Shown piece by piece: positions 22,973 through 34,203 of a stretch of 34,203 nucleotides of DNA; positions within the stretch are counted from its first letter, which is position 1; each line of letters opens with the position of its first letter. Location of the stretch: positions 22,402,347 to 22,436,549 of the forward strand of contig NC_069002.1 in the NCBI RefSeq assembly GCF_001194135.2, written 5' to 3'. The notes beneath the pieces are model-generated. The model was not told where the DNA came from, did no database searches, and saw only the letters and a program-made list of their open reading frames with translations. Both the position numbers and the translations under genes were made by a program. Source of the DNA: Octopus bimaculoides. Its lineage: Eukaryota.

Positions 22973-23617
22973 ATATATATATATATGTATGTATATATGT
23001 ATGTATATATATGTATATATATATATATATGTATGTATATATATGTGTATATATATATGTATATTATTTTGTTTAAAAGAGTTCCACATACAAAAAACCC
23101 ACCTTTTTTGTATTTATTTTTACTCGCATATATATATATATATGTATATATACACACGTATATATATTTATATATATATATACACACACACATGGCTGTT
23201 GTCCATCAGTAATCCATGAATCACTAATCCAGCATAAATTTCAGTCAACCTAATTTTAATCTCAAATTTTCAGAGCCACTCCATCAATCTGTCACCATTG
23301 ACCATCTAAGTACGTTGTTGGTATTACTTACAAACACAGGCAAAAACAGTTTGCTCTGTTTACTCCATTTATGAATATATTCTGTCCCCAGCCTTGCTTC
23401 CAATGAATGAAGAGAACATTTCTTGTGTTGACCATTATTGTAATGAGTGTGTTGGTCATTTGCTGTGCTTCTGTTGAACTGGTGAATGGAAATATGTTCT
23501 TGGACGCATGTAAGGTAGAACTTGAGCAACACCCATGAACTGATATATTTCTTGTTACATATAAAAATGATCTATGCTAGACATTTACAGTTAATGACAG
23601 CAATCATTACAGACTGG

Positions 23618-24943
23618 AGGGTGGCGAGCTGGCAGAATCGTTAGCACACCAGGTGAAATTGGCGAGCTGGCAGAATCGTTAGCACACCAGGTGAAATTGG
23701 TGAGCTGGCAGAATCATTAGCACACCAGGTGAAATTGGCGAGCTGGCAGAATCGTTAGCACACCAGGTGAAATTGGCGAGCTGGCAGAATCATTAGCACA
23801 CCAGGTGAAATTGGCGAGCTGGCAGAATCATTAGCACACCAGGTGAAATGNNNNNNNNNNNNNNNNNNNNNNNNNNNNNNNNNNNNNNNNNNNNNNNNNN
23901 NNNNNNNNNNNNNNNNNNNNNNNNNNNNNNNNNNNNNNNNNNNNNNNNNNNNNNNNNNNNNNNNNNNNNNNNNNNNNNNNNNNNNNNNNNNNNNNNNNNN
24001 NNNNNNNNNNNNNNNNNNNNNNNNNNNNNNNNNNNNNNNNNNNNNNNNNNNNNNNNNNNNNNNNNNNNNNNNNNNNNNNNNNNNNNNNNNNNNNNNNNNN
24101 NNNNNNNNNNNNNNNNNNNNNNNNNNNNNNNNNNNNNNNNNNNNNNNNNNNNNNNNNNNNNNNNNNNNNNNNNNNNNNNNNNNNNNNNNNNNNNNNNNNN
24201 NNNNNNNNNNNNNNNNNNNNNNNNNNNNNNNNNNNNNNNNNNNNNNNNNNNNNNNNNNNNNNNNNNNNNNNNNNNNNNNNNNNNNNNNNNNNNNNNNNNN
24301 NNNNNNNNNNNNNNNNNNNNNNNNNNNNNNNNNNNNNNNNNNNNNNNNNNNNNNNNNNNNNNNNNNNNNNNNNNNNNNNNNNNNNNNNNNNNNNNNNNNN
24401 NNNNNNNNNNNNNNNNNNNNNNNNNNNNNNNNNNNNNNNNNNNNNNNNNNNNNNNNNNNNNNNNNNNNNNNNNNNNNNNNNNNNNNNNNNNNNNNNNNNN
24501 NNNNNNNNNNNNNNNNNNNNNNNNNNNNGTGGCGAGCTGGCAGAATCGTTAGCACACCAGGTGAAATTGGCGAGCTGGCAGAATCGTTAGCACACCAGGT
24601 GAAATTGGTGAGCTGGCAGAATCATTAGCACACCAGGTGAAATTGGCGAGCTGGCAGAATCGTTAGCACACCAGGTGAAATTGGCGAGCTGGCAGAATCA
24701 TTAGCACACCAGGTGAAATTGGCGAGCTGGCAGAATCATTAGCACACCAGGTGAAATGCTTAGAGATATTTCGTCTGCTGTTATGTTCTGAGTTCAAATT
24801 CTGTCAAGGTCAACTTTGCCTTTCATCCTTTTGGGGGTTGATTAAATAAGTACCTGTTATGCACTGGTGTCGACGTAATTGACTTAATCCGTTTGTCTGC
24901 CCCCTCTATGTTTAGCTGCCTGTGGGCAATAAACAAATAAATA
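23618..24943 (+). mobile_element. SINE with tandemly amplified 38-bp head, flanked by a 12-bp TSD
   Basis: ATTACAGACTGG at 23606-23617 and 24944-24955. 38-bp unit TGGCGAGCTGGCAGAATCGTTAGCACACCAGGTGAAAT, six copies each side of the gap. Box B GAGTTCAAATTC at 24790-24801. A-rich tail. Confidence 0.9.
23851..24528. other. Assembly gap (N run). Other gaps: 2014-2343, 3198-3657, 12952-13474, 15404-15988, 16798-16897, 21360-22069, 28165-28213, 30703-31244
   Basis: Runs of N in the input. Confidence 0.99.
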
Positions 24944-25619
24944 ATTACAGACTGGGAGTGGCACTTCTCTGAGTTTTCAGAAAGCTCTCAATATGTCAAC
25001 ATATGGTCAGTTCAACATATCAACTGCCCTATCATCGTGGCAGCAGAGGTCCTTGGTCATTTCTCCTAAGCCATCTGCATTGGGTGTCTGTCGTAAGATC
25101 GCAAAAATAGAGGCATATGTCAATCAGTTGCCCTCAACATTCAGCAATTAATTACCACCAAAAGTGGTCTTTTATAGGATACAAGATGAAGATTCTAGAA
25201 AATGCATCATGCCACAACTTCACACTGATTAACTGCTTAATAGATCAATCATATGAAACTATTGTGCTTCACTTGTGATGTCTGACAGTGTATCTTGTGA
25301 GTCAGTTTCAAATTATTGCTACCCCACAAAAACCAGACATTGTCTGTTAAGAATAAGGCTAAACTTTTGAGAAAAGAACCTGTCAGTGGTGCGTCTGTAA
25401 AAAGTCTGAATTATACAGCATTGGCCCTTCCACAGTTGATGACATTAAGAAAGGAAACATGATAGAAATTGTTGACTTGGGATTTTTATTAGGCCATTTT
25501 ATTTATTTATTTTTTTTGTGCTCTTACTAATTAAAAGAAACAGAAAACAATGAAAGACAGATGTTTAAAATTTGATCAAGTTGTGGTGGAAGGATTTAGT
25601 TATCATATATCGTATGCCT

Positions 25620-27780
25620 GCAGCATGTCAAAGACACAACAATGCAAGCCTTCTTGAACAAGTGTGACTTATTCTGTTGAAGGAAACATTCTGTGACTTC
25701 ACTCTGACTTGTAGTGTGGTTGATGTCTGCACAGCCTACATTTGTTGTCTGTCAATACTTTTTGCTTTATATGCTGCAGGTGGGAATCTCTTGTTCTTGG
25801 ACTGCATGGAGGCAACCTTCAAAGTGACTCTCATAAAAACTGTCAGTACTCCATGCAAAGTTATTGATATGATTTATTCCCTCCATGGCTGGCAGCTTTT
25901 GTGCCACTGCCATCTCAATGAATTGGTCTATTTAAAAAAAAATTTGTCTTGATGATAGATAGAATTTACCAATGCTCCTTGAAGCAAGATTGGTATCAGC
26001 TCTTCTTTCATACTTCTCTTCAAATTCATTAGCTCTCCTAATTATATTGTTGATTTCATGGTCACGAACATGAGCAAGATAATCACTGCTCTTTTTCCTC
26101 TGCTGCAGATGTTGTTTCTGTGTCACAATATGTGCTTCATATGACATCAATACAGATTTGAGGCCATGGCCACCATCCTTGCATCGGAACTATATCCTGT
26201 CTACATCTTCATTTATGTTGAAGTTTCCTGTAGCACTCAACAACTTGCAAGCATGAACATCAATCTCATTGAGTTTTTGTTGTGACCAATTCAGAAGGCC
26301 AAACATAGGTGTGAGGACAGACACTGCAAAGGTGTTGAGGGTGATATGTTTGTTGTAATCTCCGAGTTCAGATAACCATAGTTCTTTTTAAATTGTATTC
26401 ATTCCTTGTCCTCTCTTTATTGATGGCTTCATCAAAGCTGACATTCACACTTTGTCCAAGGTATAGGTAATTTTCCTCAGAGAGCAAAAGCTGTATTCCT
26501 AGGTTGTTCATGTTTAGTGTCTTGGAGGAAGACACAAAGCTGCTATGTTTTACCACCAAAAGTGCGCATTTGGCCTCATTGAATTTCATTCCAATGTCTT
26601 TGAAAAATTGAGTTATGAGATCTAGTTGCTTTTCGATGTGGTTAATATTTGGCCCATACAGCTTTTGGTCATTGACAAAGAAAAGGTGAGAGATGTTAAT
26701 GGATCCATTATTATGTTCGGTGATCAGGTATGCTAGGGGATTTAATGAGAGTTTATACTCAATATATCACTGCATTTCTTTTTCTCCAGCTTGTTCAGGA
26801 ATTATAATATTGTTGGTGATACAATGATGATGAAGAGACAGATTGAGGTGTCTTATACAGGTTTCAACAGCCTGTTGGGAAATAACTTCAGTGGGATGAG
26901 AAAGGTGATGGCTGCCAACAGTCATGTGGGTATGTTTAATGTGCCCTTCCCATACAGTGTTACCAATATAGGTGATATTGTTAACCAATATCCTGTAATA
27001 AGATTTTGGCTTTAAGATTTCCTTTTTGCTGTTTTTTTTCTTTTTCTCAGGACTGTTTCGAGTACTGCACTATCAATTCTGGAGAGTTTTTGTTTAACAT
27101 GTTTGCAGTATATCTAATTAATTTTTCCAGTCACTTTTTCACTGAATTCATTGTCCCTTTCCCAAATCGATCTCCAGCAACTTTCCTCTTGCTCTGTTCA
27201 TGGGATATTTTTTACTGATATTGTATTATTTTTGTTGATGCTGTGATATATTGATTTGGGATCTTTAGTGAACAACCTTTTCAAAGCAGATTTATATTTC
27301 AATTTCTCACTGTTAGTCCTTGTCCCAGCTGACAAAGTTTGGAATTTAAAGTTTTACTTTTTGAATCCCCAAACTGCTTCCCTAGTTTATCTTTTAAAAG
27401 CTTCTAATGACTTGTAGGCTTTGAATCAATAGGCATTAGATAGTCTCCTGCTCTTTCATTTACTACTTCCTGATCTAGTTCAGATGGCTAAATGGCCTGT
27501 CTTTAAAGTAAATGTTTAGAACTTGTTACAACATATTTTCCCCATACCGTTTCTAAAGAATTAAAAACATTTCAATATTCCTCTGATTCACTTTCTTAAA
27601 AGCTCGCTATCTTTTTCTGTGACTGTATTGTTGTCGGTTCTAATGGCACTGATGTTGGTTGCTACTTTTGTTCCTGGATCTTCTGTGTGGGAAAAGCAGG
27701 TTGACTTTGCTACTATTACGAGTATTGCTGTAACTGTTGCTGCTCTCTAGCTTTACATTGTCTTCATGTATGCATGTTCT
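25620..27780 (-). mobile_element. Dong/R4-clade non-LTR retrotransposon, decayed
   Basis: Reverse-strand peptides RLFTKDPKSIY, LITGYW, LNPLAYL...ISHLFFVNDQKLYG (FVDD catalytic motif mutated, ~26668-26688), DIGMKFNEAKCA, ENYLYLG, GGHGLKS and DNKCRLC (zinc knuckle, 25729-25749). Many stops and frameshifts, with an internal RT deletion. Confidence 0.88.
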
Positions 27781-27791
27781 ATTCTGTTTTT

Positions 27792-28080
27792 AATTATTTG
27801 GAATCTTCCTGTATGGAGAGAGCCGGTTTCTAACAAAGATACAAAGCTGTCACAGAAAGATAATGCTACTTACAGATTGTATTTGTGATGTGCAATTTAG
27901 CTGGTTGATTTCTTTTTCTGAAAACCCTATCTTATTCAGATTGGCACTTAGGCCTTTACTCACAAAACTAAGTGGCGAAATTATTATTAGTATAAATGTT
28001 AATTTATAATCAGGGCACAGAATCTGGAGGTTTTGTGCAGCTGGCCAGAACTACTGTATTTCTCATTGATTTTTCAAAAG
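27792..28080 (-). mobile_element. 3'-terminal fragment of a Dong/R4-like LINE (RLE C-terminus plus 3' UTR)
   Basis: Reverse-strand NLQILCPDYKLTFILIIISPLSFVSKGLSANLNKIGFSEKEINQLNCTSQIQSV resembles the C-terminal NLQILYPDYKF.IPIIIGALG motif; it ends ...GGAAGATTCCAAATAAT. Confidence 0.65.
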
Positions 28081-28084
28081 GTAC

Positions 28085-28115
<31 letters not shown>

Positions 28116-28121
28116 TGTATG

Positions 28122-28164
<43 letters not shown>

Positions 28165-28213
28165 NNNNNNNNNNNNNNNNNNNNNNNNNNNNNNNNNNNN
28201 NNNNNNNNNNNNN

Positions 28214-28271
<58 letters not shown>

Positions 28272-28504
28272 GAGTATGCATATATGTATGTATTAATGTA
28301 TATATGCATGTACATATATACATATGTATTTGGTTCTATGTGAGTGTATGTGTATATGCATGTAATTATGTATGAATAAAAACCATGCTTGAGGTGCAGT
28401 CCTCCAACCCATCCAGAGCAACAGCATCCCAACATGGAAAGTGAGTATGAAACGATGATAGTGATGATGATAACTATGTGTGTATGTTTGTGTGAGTGTG
28501 TGTG

Positions 28505-28746
28505 CGTGATTTTGTTTCCTTGTACTCACATTGTGTGATAGTTATAAAATGAGTCACAGTCATATAAGCTGTGTCATTCGTTACCAATATTCTATGAGAA
28601 CATGTCCAGTCATAGGAAATATTACCTTGCTTGGAAATAATTAAAGGTTTGTGACAGGAAAGGCGTCCAGCCATAAGAAATCTGCTACAATAAACACCAT
28701 CTAACTCCATGTATGCATGGAAAAGTGAACATTAAAATGATGATGC
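28505..28746 (+). mobile_element. SINE with an RTE-derived 3' tail
   Basis: gagaacatgtcc...ggaaatattaccttgcttggaaa...gacaggaaaggcgtccagcc...gcatggaaaagtgaacattaaaatgatgatg; the tail is shared with the RTE 3' ends in this window. Confidence 0.7.
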
Positions 28747-29174
28747 AAAACTGTAGATGGTTACATACATATATGTGCTGGGGTCAATTCATTCAATTAA
28801 AAAGGTCTTCAAGGCAGTGCTACAGCAGTCTAACTGCATTTCAGAAATGCAGCAATTGTATAAATGAATGACGCAACTTTTTTATCACTTGTAAGCATTG
28901 ATTACACTGGTCAACAAAATGAAACTTTTTTCTAATCATAAGAGTTGCTGGTTGACTTTTCTGGGATAATTTTTGATGCTGATTACAAATCTGAAGTCCA
29001 GTTTCCTCTACCGGGTCACATTTTCATGTTATTGATACCTGCTGTTTTAACTTATAGGATATTCCTGCTGCATTTAAATAAGGTATATTACTCTACCTTG
29101 GGCATTTAAGTGCTCTTTCTTCCACCTTTTTTCACATTTATGTGTTTACTCCGGTATATATATATATATATATT

Positions 29175-29265
29175 ACGACGGGCTTCTTCACAGGCTGTCG
29201 ACCAAATAGACGCACTATATGGCTGAGAAAGAGACTTTTTACTACGCAGCCACCCCTGCGCCTAT
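29175..29265 (-). mobile_element. Degenerate SINE head fragment
   Basis: Reverse complement ataggcgcaggggtggctgcgtagtaa resembles the head of the 20961-21254 family. Confidence 0.5.
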
Positions 29266-30026
29266 AATATATTTTTAGAAATTTCTTTCGAAGGAAGAAA
29301 AAAAAACAACAGAATGATGAGGCTTCTACATATGAAACTAAGCACCGTCACCTGATATGGGATGACTAAAACGATAAATATGGTATATTAAACTTTCGGA
29401 TATATTTCAAAATTGTATGTAACTGGTCTCTTTTCCCTCCTGAAAAGCTTATCTTTTCCAGATTGTTACTTAAATATTTACTGACATAACCAAGTTTATC
29501 GATAATTATTAGCATAAATGTGCTAATTGAGGTCACATGATTCGAAGCGGCAGGCCAAGAATATTCCATGTGTTAAATTTGGATGAAATGTCCAAATCAA
29601 GGCAAATTCCCTCTAGGACCAAACATACTTCTTTTTCGTGAAATTCCAAACAATGTCACACCTGTTGTTTGTACTTGGTAGAATTTTGGTGTTAATTTTC
29701 CATCACTAATAACCGTGTAACTATGAATGTATTCATTCAATAACAAAAATGTTGCCTATATTCCAGAGGGCTGTTATTACTACATATTGTTCATATTGTT
29801 TTAACATATGTACAACCTTGCTAACATATTTGGACAGCTGATGATCAACTGTGTGCTTCCCACCGAATATATATTTGTGTGTGTGAGAGTGTGTGAAACA
29901 ATTGCTGATTTAAAGATTAAACGATTTTAAGAAGCACCAATGTCAATAAACTTATAAATAGTCTATAAAATACCGTTTAATCCATCCATCTATCTATCTA
30001 TCTATGTGTGTGTGCGTGCACACACT

Positions 30027-30057
<31 letters not shown>

Positions 30058-30242
30058 TCACACACACACACACATAAAGGGTCAAAATTATTGAAAAATA
30101 ATAATTCATACCGTTGACTAGCATGTGTTACAAAATGTCAGTAGACAAATAATTTTATAATGTATATATATGTATGTATATTTATATATGTATATATGTA
30201 TATACATATGTATATATATATAATAACTATCTATATCTACAT

Positions 30243-30371
30243 ATAAGAAGGGAAGCCGAAAGTTTCTGGCTTTAGGTAAAAGAAAATATAGGATGATCAG
30301 TTAAATATGATTTTATTCAACATTTCCCTCTGAAATTCAAAACCCTTTATTCAGCGGTCCTTCAGCTTTTC
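30243..30371. mobile_element. Possible mariner/Tc1 terminal fragment
   Basis: TA-preceded aagaagggaagccgaaagtttctggcttt...ttttattcaacat...cagcggtccttcag resembles mariner-type TIR/subterminal sequence from recall; no partner TIR found. Confidence 0.4.
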
Positions 30372-30702
30372 AGATCTATTTTAAAACGGGGGCCACATTG
30401 TTCATTAATGTTTTACGTAGTGTTTTTGGTACGGAAAGACTTTCAAACTTCGTATACTTATCTATTTTGTGTTATAGAACAGAAAAATATTTTTGTATTC
30501 GAATTAATTTCATGTAAAAAATTGTCTTATTTCGATAATTTCAACCAATCACTGACAAGTATTCAGTTGTTTACATTTACTCCTTTGGTTGATTAAGCGA
30601 TGTAAAGCGTATTTAATCTCCATACCTTCGTTTTATTTGCTTTTTTCATTTTAAATTTGCTTTAACCCTAACCCTAACCTTAGGGTTAGGGTTAATTGTT
30701 TC
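30372..30702. mobile_element. Partial inverted copy of the 565-bp MITE at 32727-33291 (remainder in a gap)
   Basis: Reverse complement of 32961-33291 with about 5 substitutions in 331 bp by eye; includes the CCCTAA/TTAGGG hairpin at 30662-30694. Confidence 0.9.
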
Positions 30703-31824
30703 NNNNNNNNNNNNNNNNNNNNNNNNNNNNNNNNNNNNNNNNNNNNNNNNNNNNNNNNNNNNNNNNNNNNNNNNNNNNNNNNNNNNNNNNNNNNNNNNNN
30801 NNNNNNNNNNNNNNNNNNNNNNNNNNNNNNNNNNNNNNNNNNNNNNNNNNNNNNNNNNNNNNNNNNNNNNNNNNNNNNNNNNNNNNNNNNNNNNNNNNNN
30901 NNNNNNNNNNNNNNNNNNNNNNNNNNNNNNNNNNNNNNNNNNNNNNNNNNNNNNNNNNNNNNNNNNNNNNNNNNNNNNNNNNNNNNNNNNNNNNNNNNNN
31001 NNNNNNNNNNNNNNNNNNNNNNNNNNNNNNNNNNNNNNNNNNNNNNNNNNNNNNNNNNNNNNNNNNNNNNNNNNNNNNNNNNNNNNNNNNNNNNNNNNNN
31101 NNNNNNNNNNNNNNNNNNNNNNNNNNNNNNNNNNNNNNNNNNNNNNNNNNNNNNNNNNNNNNNNNNNNNNNNNNNNNNNNNNNNNNNNNNNNNNNNNNNN
31201 NNNNNNNNNNNNNNNNNNNNNNNNNNNNNNNNNNNNNNNNNNNNGAATATGGTGATCTACTTCTAGCATAATGGATGTCCACTTAGTGGTAAACCCTCTT
31301 ATATGTATATATATATATATAGGTAAAAAATCAACGTGTGTTACATAAATAATATTTCCAGGAATAAAAAAAAGACAACAAAGGGAAAATATGACCTACC
31401 TCTATATATAATTTTTTTTAAATGTGTAGTAAATAAACAAACGAACATATACTAAATACACAGATGGTTAGAAAACACAGAATGTTACCAATTCTTCATC
31501 AGTTGTCGGCCAGAATGTCAAACGCAATTTCTGCCATTATCGATATTACTTCCACTCTGGAGGCACCGACAAGAAAACTGGCCGGGAATGGGACTTGAAC
31601 ATAATAAACAATTAATAATGTTAATACATACACGACGTAAAACCTTGGGGCTGCAAATACAACAATAATAATAATAAATAAATGTATATACCAACCAACA
31701 ATAAGTACCAAATGAATTTATATAAAATACTTATTTTATAAAGATAGAAAAATATTATTAAAAATATCAAAATAATAAACATTCCATAATCATCCCTACA
31801 TCCATTATAATATATGCTAACATG

Positions 31825-32030
31825 GGTACTACTAAAGCAGGCGGTCGCGCGTCCGCGCTAGCTAGTCTTGAGTAGTCGATCCTAACCCTATCCCTAACTC
31901 TAACCCTAACCCTAACCCGCGTGTGCAAATGAATACGTGTTTAGGGTTAGGGTTAGGAATAGGATTAGGGTTAGGATCGACCACTCACGACTAGCTTGCG
32001 CGTTCGGGTCCGCGCTGCTTTAGTAGTACC
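31825..32030. mobile_element. Merlin-like palindromic MITE with (CCCTAA)n...(TTAGGG)n core
   Basis: TIR GGTACTACTAAAGCAG (16/16) with the whole element an imperfect ~100-bp hairpin; perfect 8-bp TSD CTAACATG (31817-31824, 32031-32038). Confidence 0.9.
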
Positions 32031-32726
32031 CTAACATGTATATCATATACAAAAACCAGCTTAAATAAATTATTGTCGTTTTAAATACAATTTGAACGAA
32101 GTTTAAGGTTAAAATAACAATAAAGATAATATTAGCTCAAATTTAACCGGTGTAATAGTTAAATCTAAAAAGACTATTTAATTATCATTAAAAATCAATT
32201 GAATAATAGAAAAATACAAGAATACTTATCTCTACAAACGTAGAAATAAAAATATGAATGAAAGATTAAACTTTATATAGCCTAAGTTTTAATTAAAAAA
32301 ACCTTTAATGATATTATAAACAATAAAGACTAATTATTAATCAAATAGTATTAATCGAAAATAGTTCAACCCTAATCCACTGATTCGATGCAGCTGTGCA
32401 GACCTAGACCCCCAAAACCATTTGGGCAAAGCAGCCAGGTCATGAGACTCTGGGGAGAGTTTGATATTGACCAAGTATTTAGATTAAGCTGTCAAAGTAT
32501 AGGAGAAACGATGGGAATCTATAAGAGAGACTAACTCTCAGAAAGTACAATAGCTTAGGAATTGACAATATTGTTGGTTTCATTTTCCCACCACATTTAT
32601 GAGGTTCCTAAAATCCATAAGGCATATCTACAGTTTGGTGCCCCAGTGATTTTATTTTGTCATAAATTTGTGAAAAATGTATATTTTTGTTTTTATGAAT
32701 TTTTGCAGATGCGTATTCAAAAATAT

Positions 32727-33291
32727 GGATCTTTTTTAAAACGGGGGCCACATTTTTCATTAACGAAACACTTTGAAACTTGGAACACTGGTAGAATGTG
32801 TCATATAAAACATCTTTTTCTCTTAGTCTTCTTAAAAAAAAAAAAAGAAATCCATAAGTTATTCCATGTGAAAGTTCTCGTATTTCTGTAATTTCAACCA
32901 ATCACTGACGTCCATTCAGCCGATATACATTAAGTGCCGACTACATAAACAAACGATTCTGAAACAATTAACCCTAACCGTAAGGTTAGGGTTAGGGTTA
33001 AAGCAAATTTAAAATGAAAAAAGCAAATAAAACGAAGGTATGGAGATTAAATACGCTTTACATCGCTTAATCAGCCAAAGGAGTAAATATAAACAACTGA
33101 ATACTTGTCAGTGATTGGTTGAAATTATCGAAATAAGACAATTTTTTACATGAAATAAATTCGAATACAAAAATATTTTTCTGTTCTATAACACAAAATA
33201 GATAAGTATACGAAGTTTGAAAGTCTTTCCGTACCAAAAACACTACGTAAAACATTAATGAACAATGTGGCCCCCGTTTTAAAATAGATCC
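32727..33291. mobile_element. 565-bp MITE, GG...CC ends, 8-bp TSD, central telomere-repeat hairpin
   Basis: TIRs GGATCT(T/A)TTTTAAAACGGGGGCCACATT (~35/38 identical); TSD AAAAATAT / AAAGATAT (32719-32726, 33292-33299; 7/8); hairpin TAACCCTAACC-GTAA-GGTTAGGGTTA at 32969-32994. Confidence 0.85.
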
Positions 33292-34203
33292 AAAGATATT
33301 GATTACAATTACGTTGGTTAAATTTAGAAAAAAATTGGGTGAGTTTTGAATTATTCTTGATTCAACTTTGTTACCCTCAATTTCTACAGCTTCAGTAAAT
33401 TTCTTTTTTGTTTTTTTGTGTGTGCATGTTTTCAGATTTATTTATTCGAAACGTCAACACTACATAATGAACACCATCAGAAAAAGCATTCTTGCAAAAC
33501 GTCATATGAAAAAATATTTTTTAAGGAGCTGCGAGGAAACTTAGTCTGAAATAGTGGAGAAGAATGGTACAAAATCTCACCAAATAAAAAAATTTCCAAT
33601 TTTACTAGCACAAATGTAATCTACTCCCTCAAAAACATACCATGAGAAAATTCTCATTAAAACAAGAAAGACATTTTTCAGAATGTGTATAAAGAAACAA
33701 AGTTGATTGGGGCTGTAGATATGCCATTTAAAGATCGCCAAATTCAAAGCAAACGGTTGAAATGAACGAATATGTTTGGGTGTCATTATAAGATTGTAAT
33801 GGGTTAATACAGAGAAATATACCACGGTATTTAGAAGTCTTTCCGTTTACTAAATGATAGGATATCACAACGAAGAGTCGAAAATCTTCCATCAGCTGAG
33901 TCAAAAACTCTCTCTCAAAGAATTTATCTCAGCCGCAGAGAAGGAAAATCGAGTAAACCAGCCATAATACTATTGTAAAAGACAAAATTGTCTTCCACCT
34001 GTTAACAAATAGTCGGAGACGGACTATATGTAATCTGAACCTTTCCCCCTTAAGGTTAGGGTTACTGCCGGGAAATTACTCTGAAAGAAATCTCTGCAGA
34101 AAGATTGATTACACATTTCTTGCTTTATGTTATCGCAGTTTTGTGAGATTTGGCTGTTATTTCTAGCATGTAAATAGCCTGCTTGGTGGTGGTGGTGGTG
34201 GTG

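Noticed and set aside
23622-24757. 38-bp direct repeats superficially like a CRISPR array
   Set aside because: The units are contiguous with no unique spacers, derive from a SINE head, and lie in eukaryotic DNA with no cas genes.
28014-28080. Apparent + strand exon (cag|GGCACAGAATC...AAAAG|gtacat)
   Set aside because: The peptides do not match FAHD2, and the reverse strand is better explained as a Dong/R4 C-terminus.
31499-31711. 70-aa hydrophobic reverse-strand ORF, and a possible + strand acceptor at 31502
   Set aside because: Hydrophobicity comes from (ATT)-rich low-complexity DNA; there is no homology to FAHD2 C-terminal exons and no recognisable motif.
30372-33291. A single 2.9-kb transposon with 330-bp TIRs
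   Set aside because: There is no TSD at the outer ends, and the right arm belongs to a self-contained 565-bp MITE with its own TSD.

Overview
Eukaryotic, AT-rich, repeat-dense draft-assembly DNA with nine N gaps. The SINE/RTE/Dong repertoire points to an octopus genome (inference). The only host coding sequence I can support is one 163-nt internal exon of an FAHD2-type fumarylacetoacetate-hydrolase-domain gene (+, 1296-1458). No other exon of it is visible, so the rest is probably intron or intergenic. The remainder is mobile DNA and simple repeats: many tRNA-derived SINEs, a decayed RTE LINE (14.5-16.7 kb) plus RTE 3' ends, Dong/R4-clade LINE remnants (2.4-2.75 kb and 25.6-28.1 kb), LTR-like pieces, a piggyBac-type MITE, a ~210-bp tandem repeat and microsatellites. 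The most striking structures are (i) three unrelated MITE families with GG...CC ends and 8-bp target duplications (Merlin-like), each carrying an inverted TTAGGG/CCCTAA telomere-repeat core, and (ii) a 319-bp near-perfect palindrome at 22.4-22.7 kb. There are no rRNA genes, intact tRNA genes or CRISPR arrays. Almost all ORF-track entries are artefacts of N gaps or microsatellites. Repeat boundaries not defined by a TIR or TSD are approximate.
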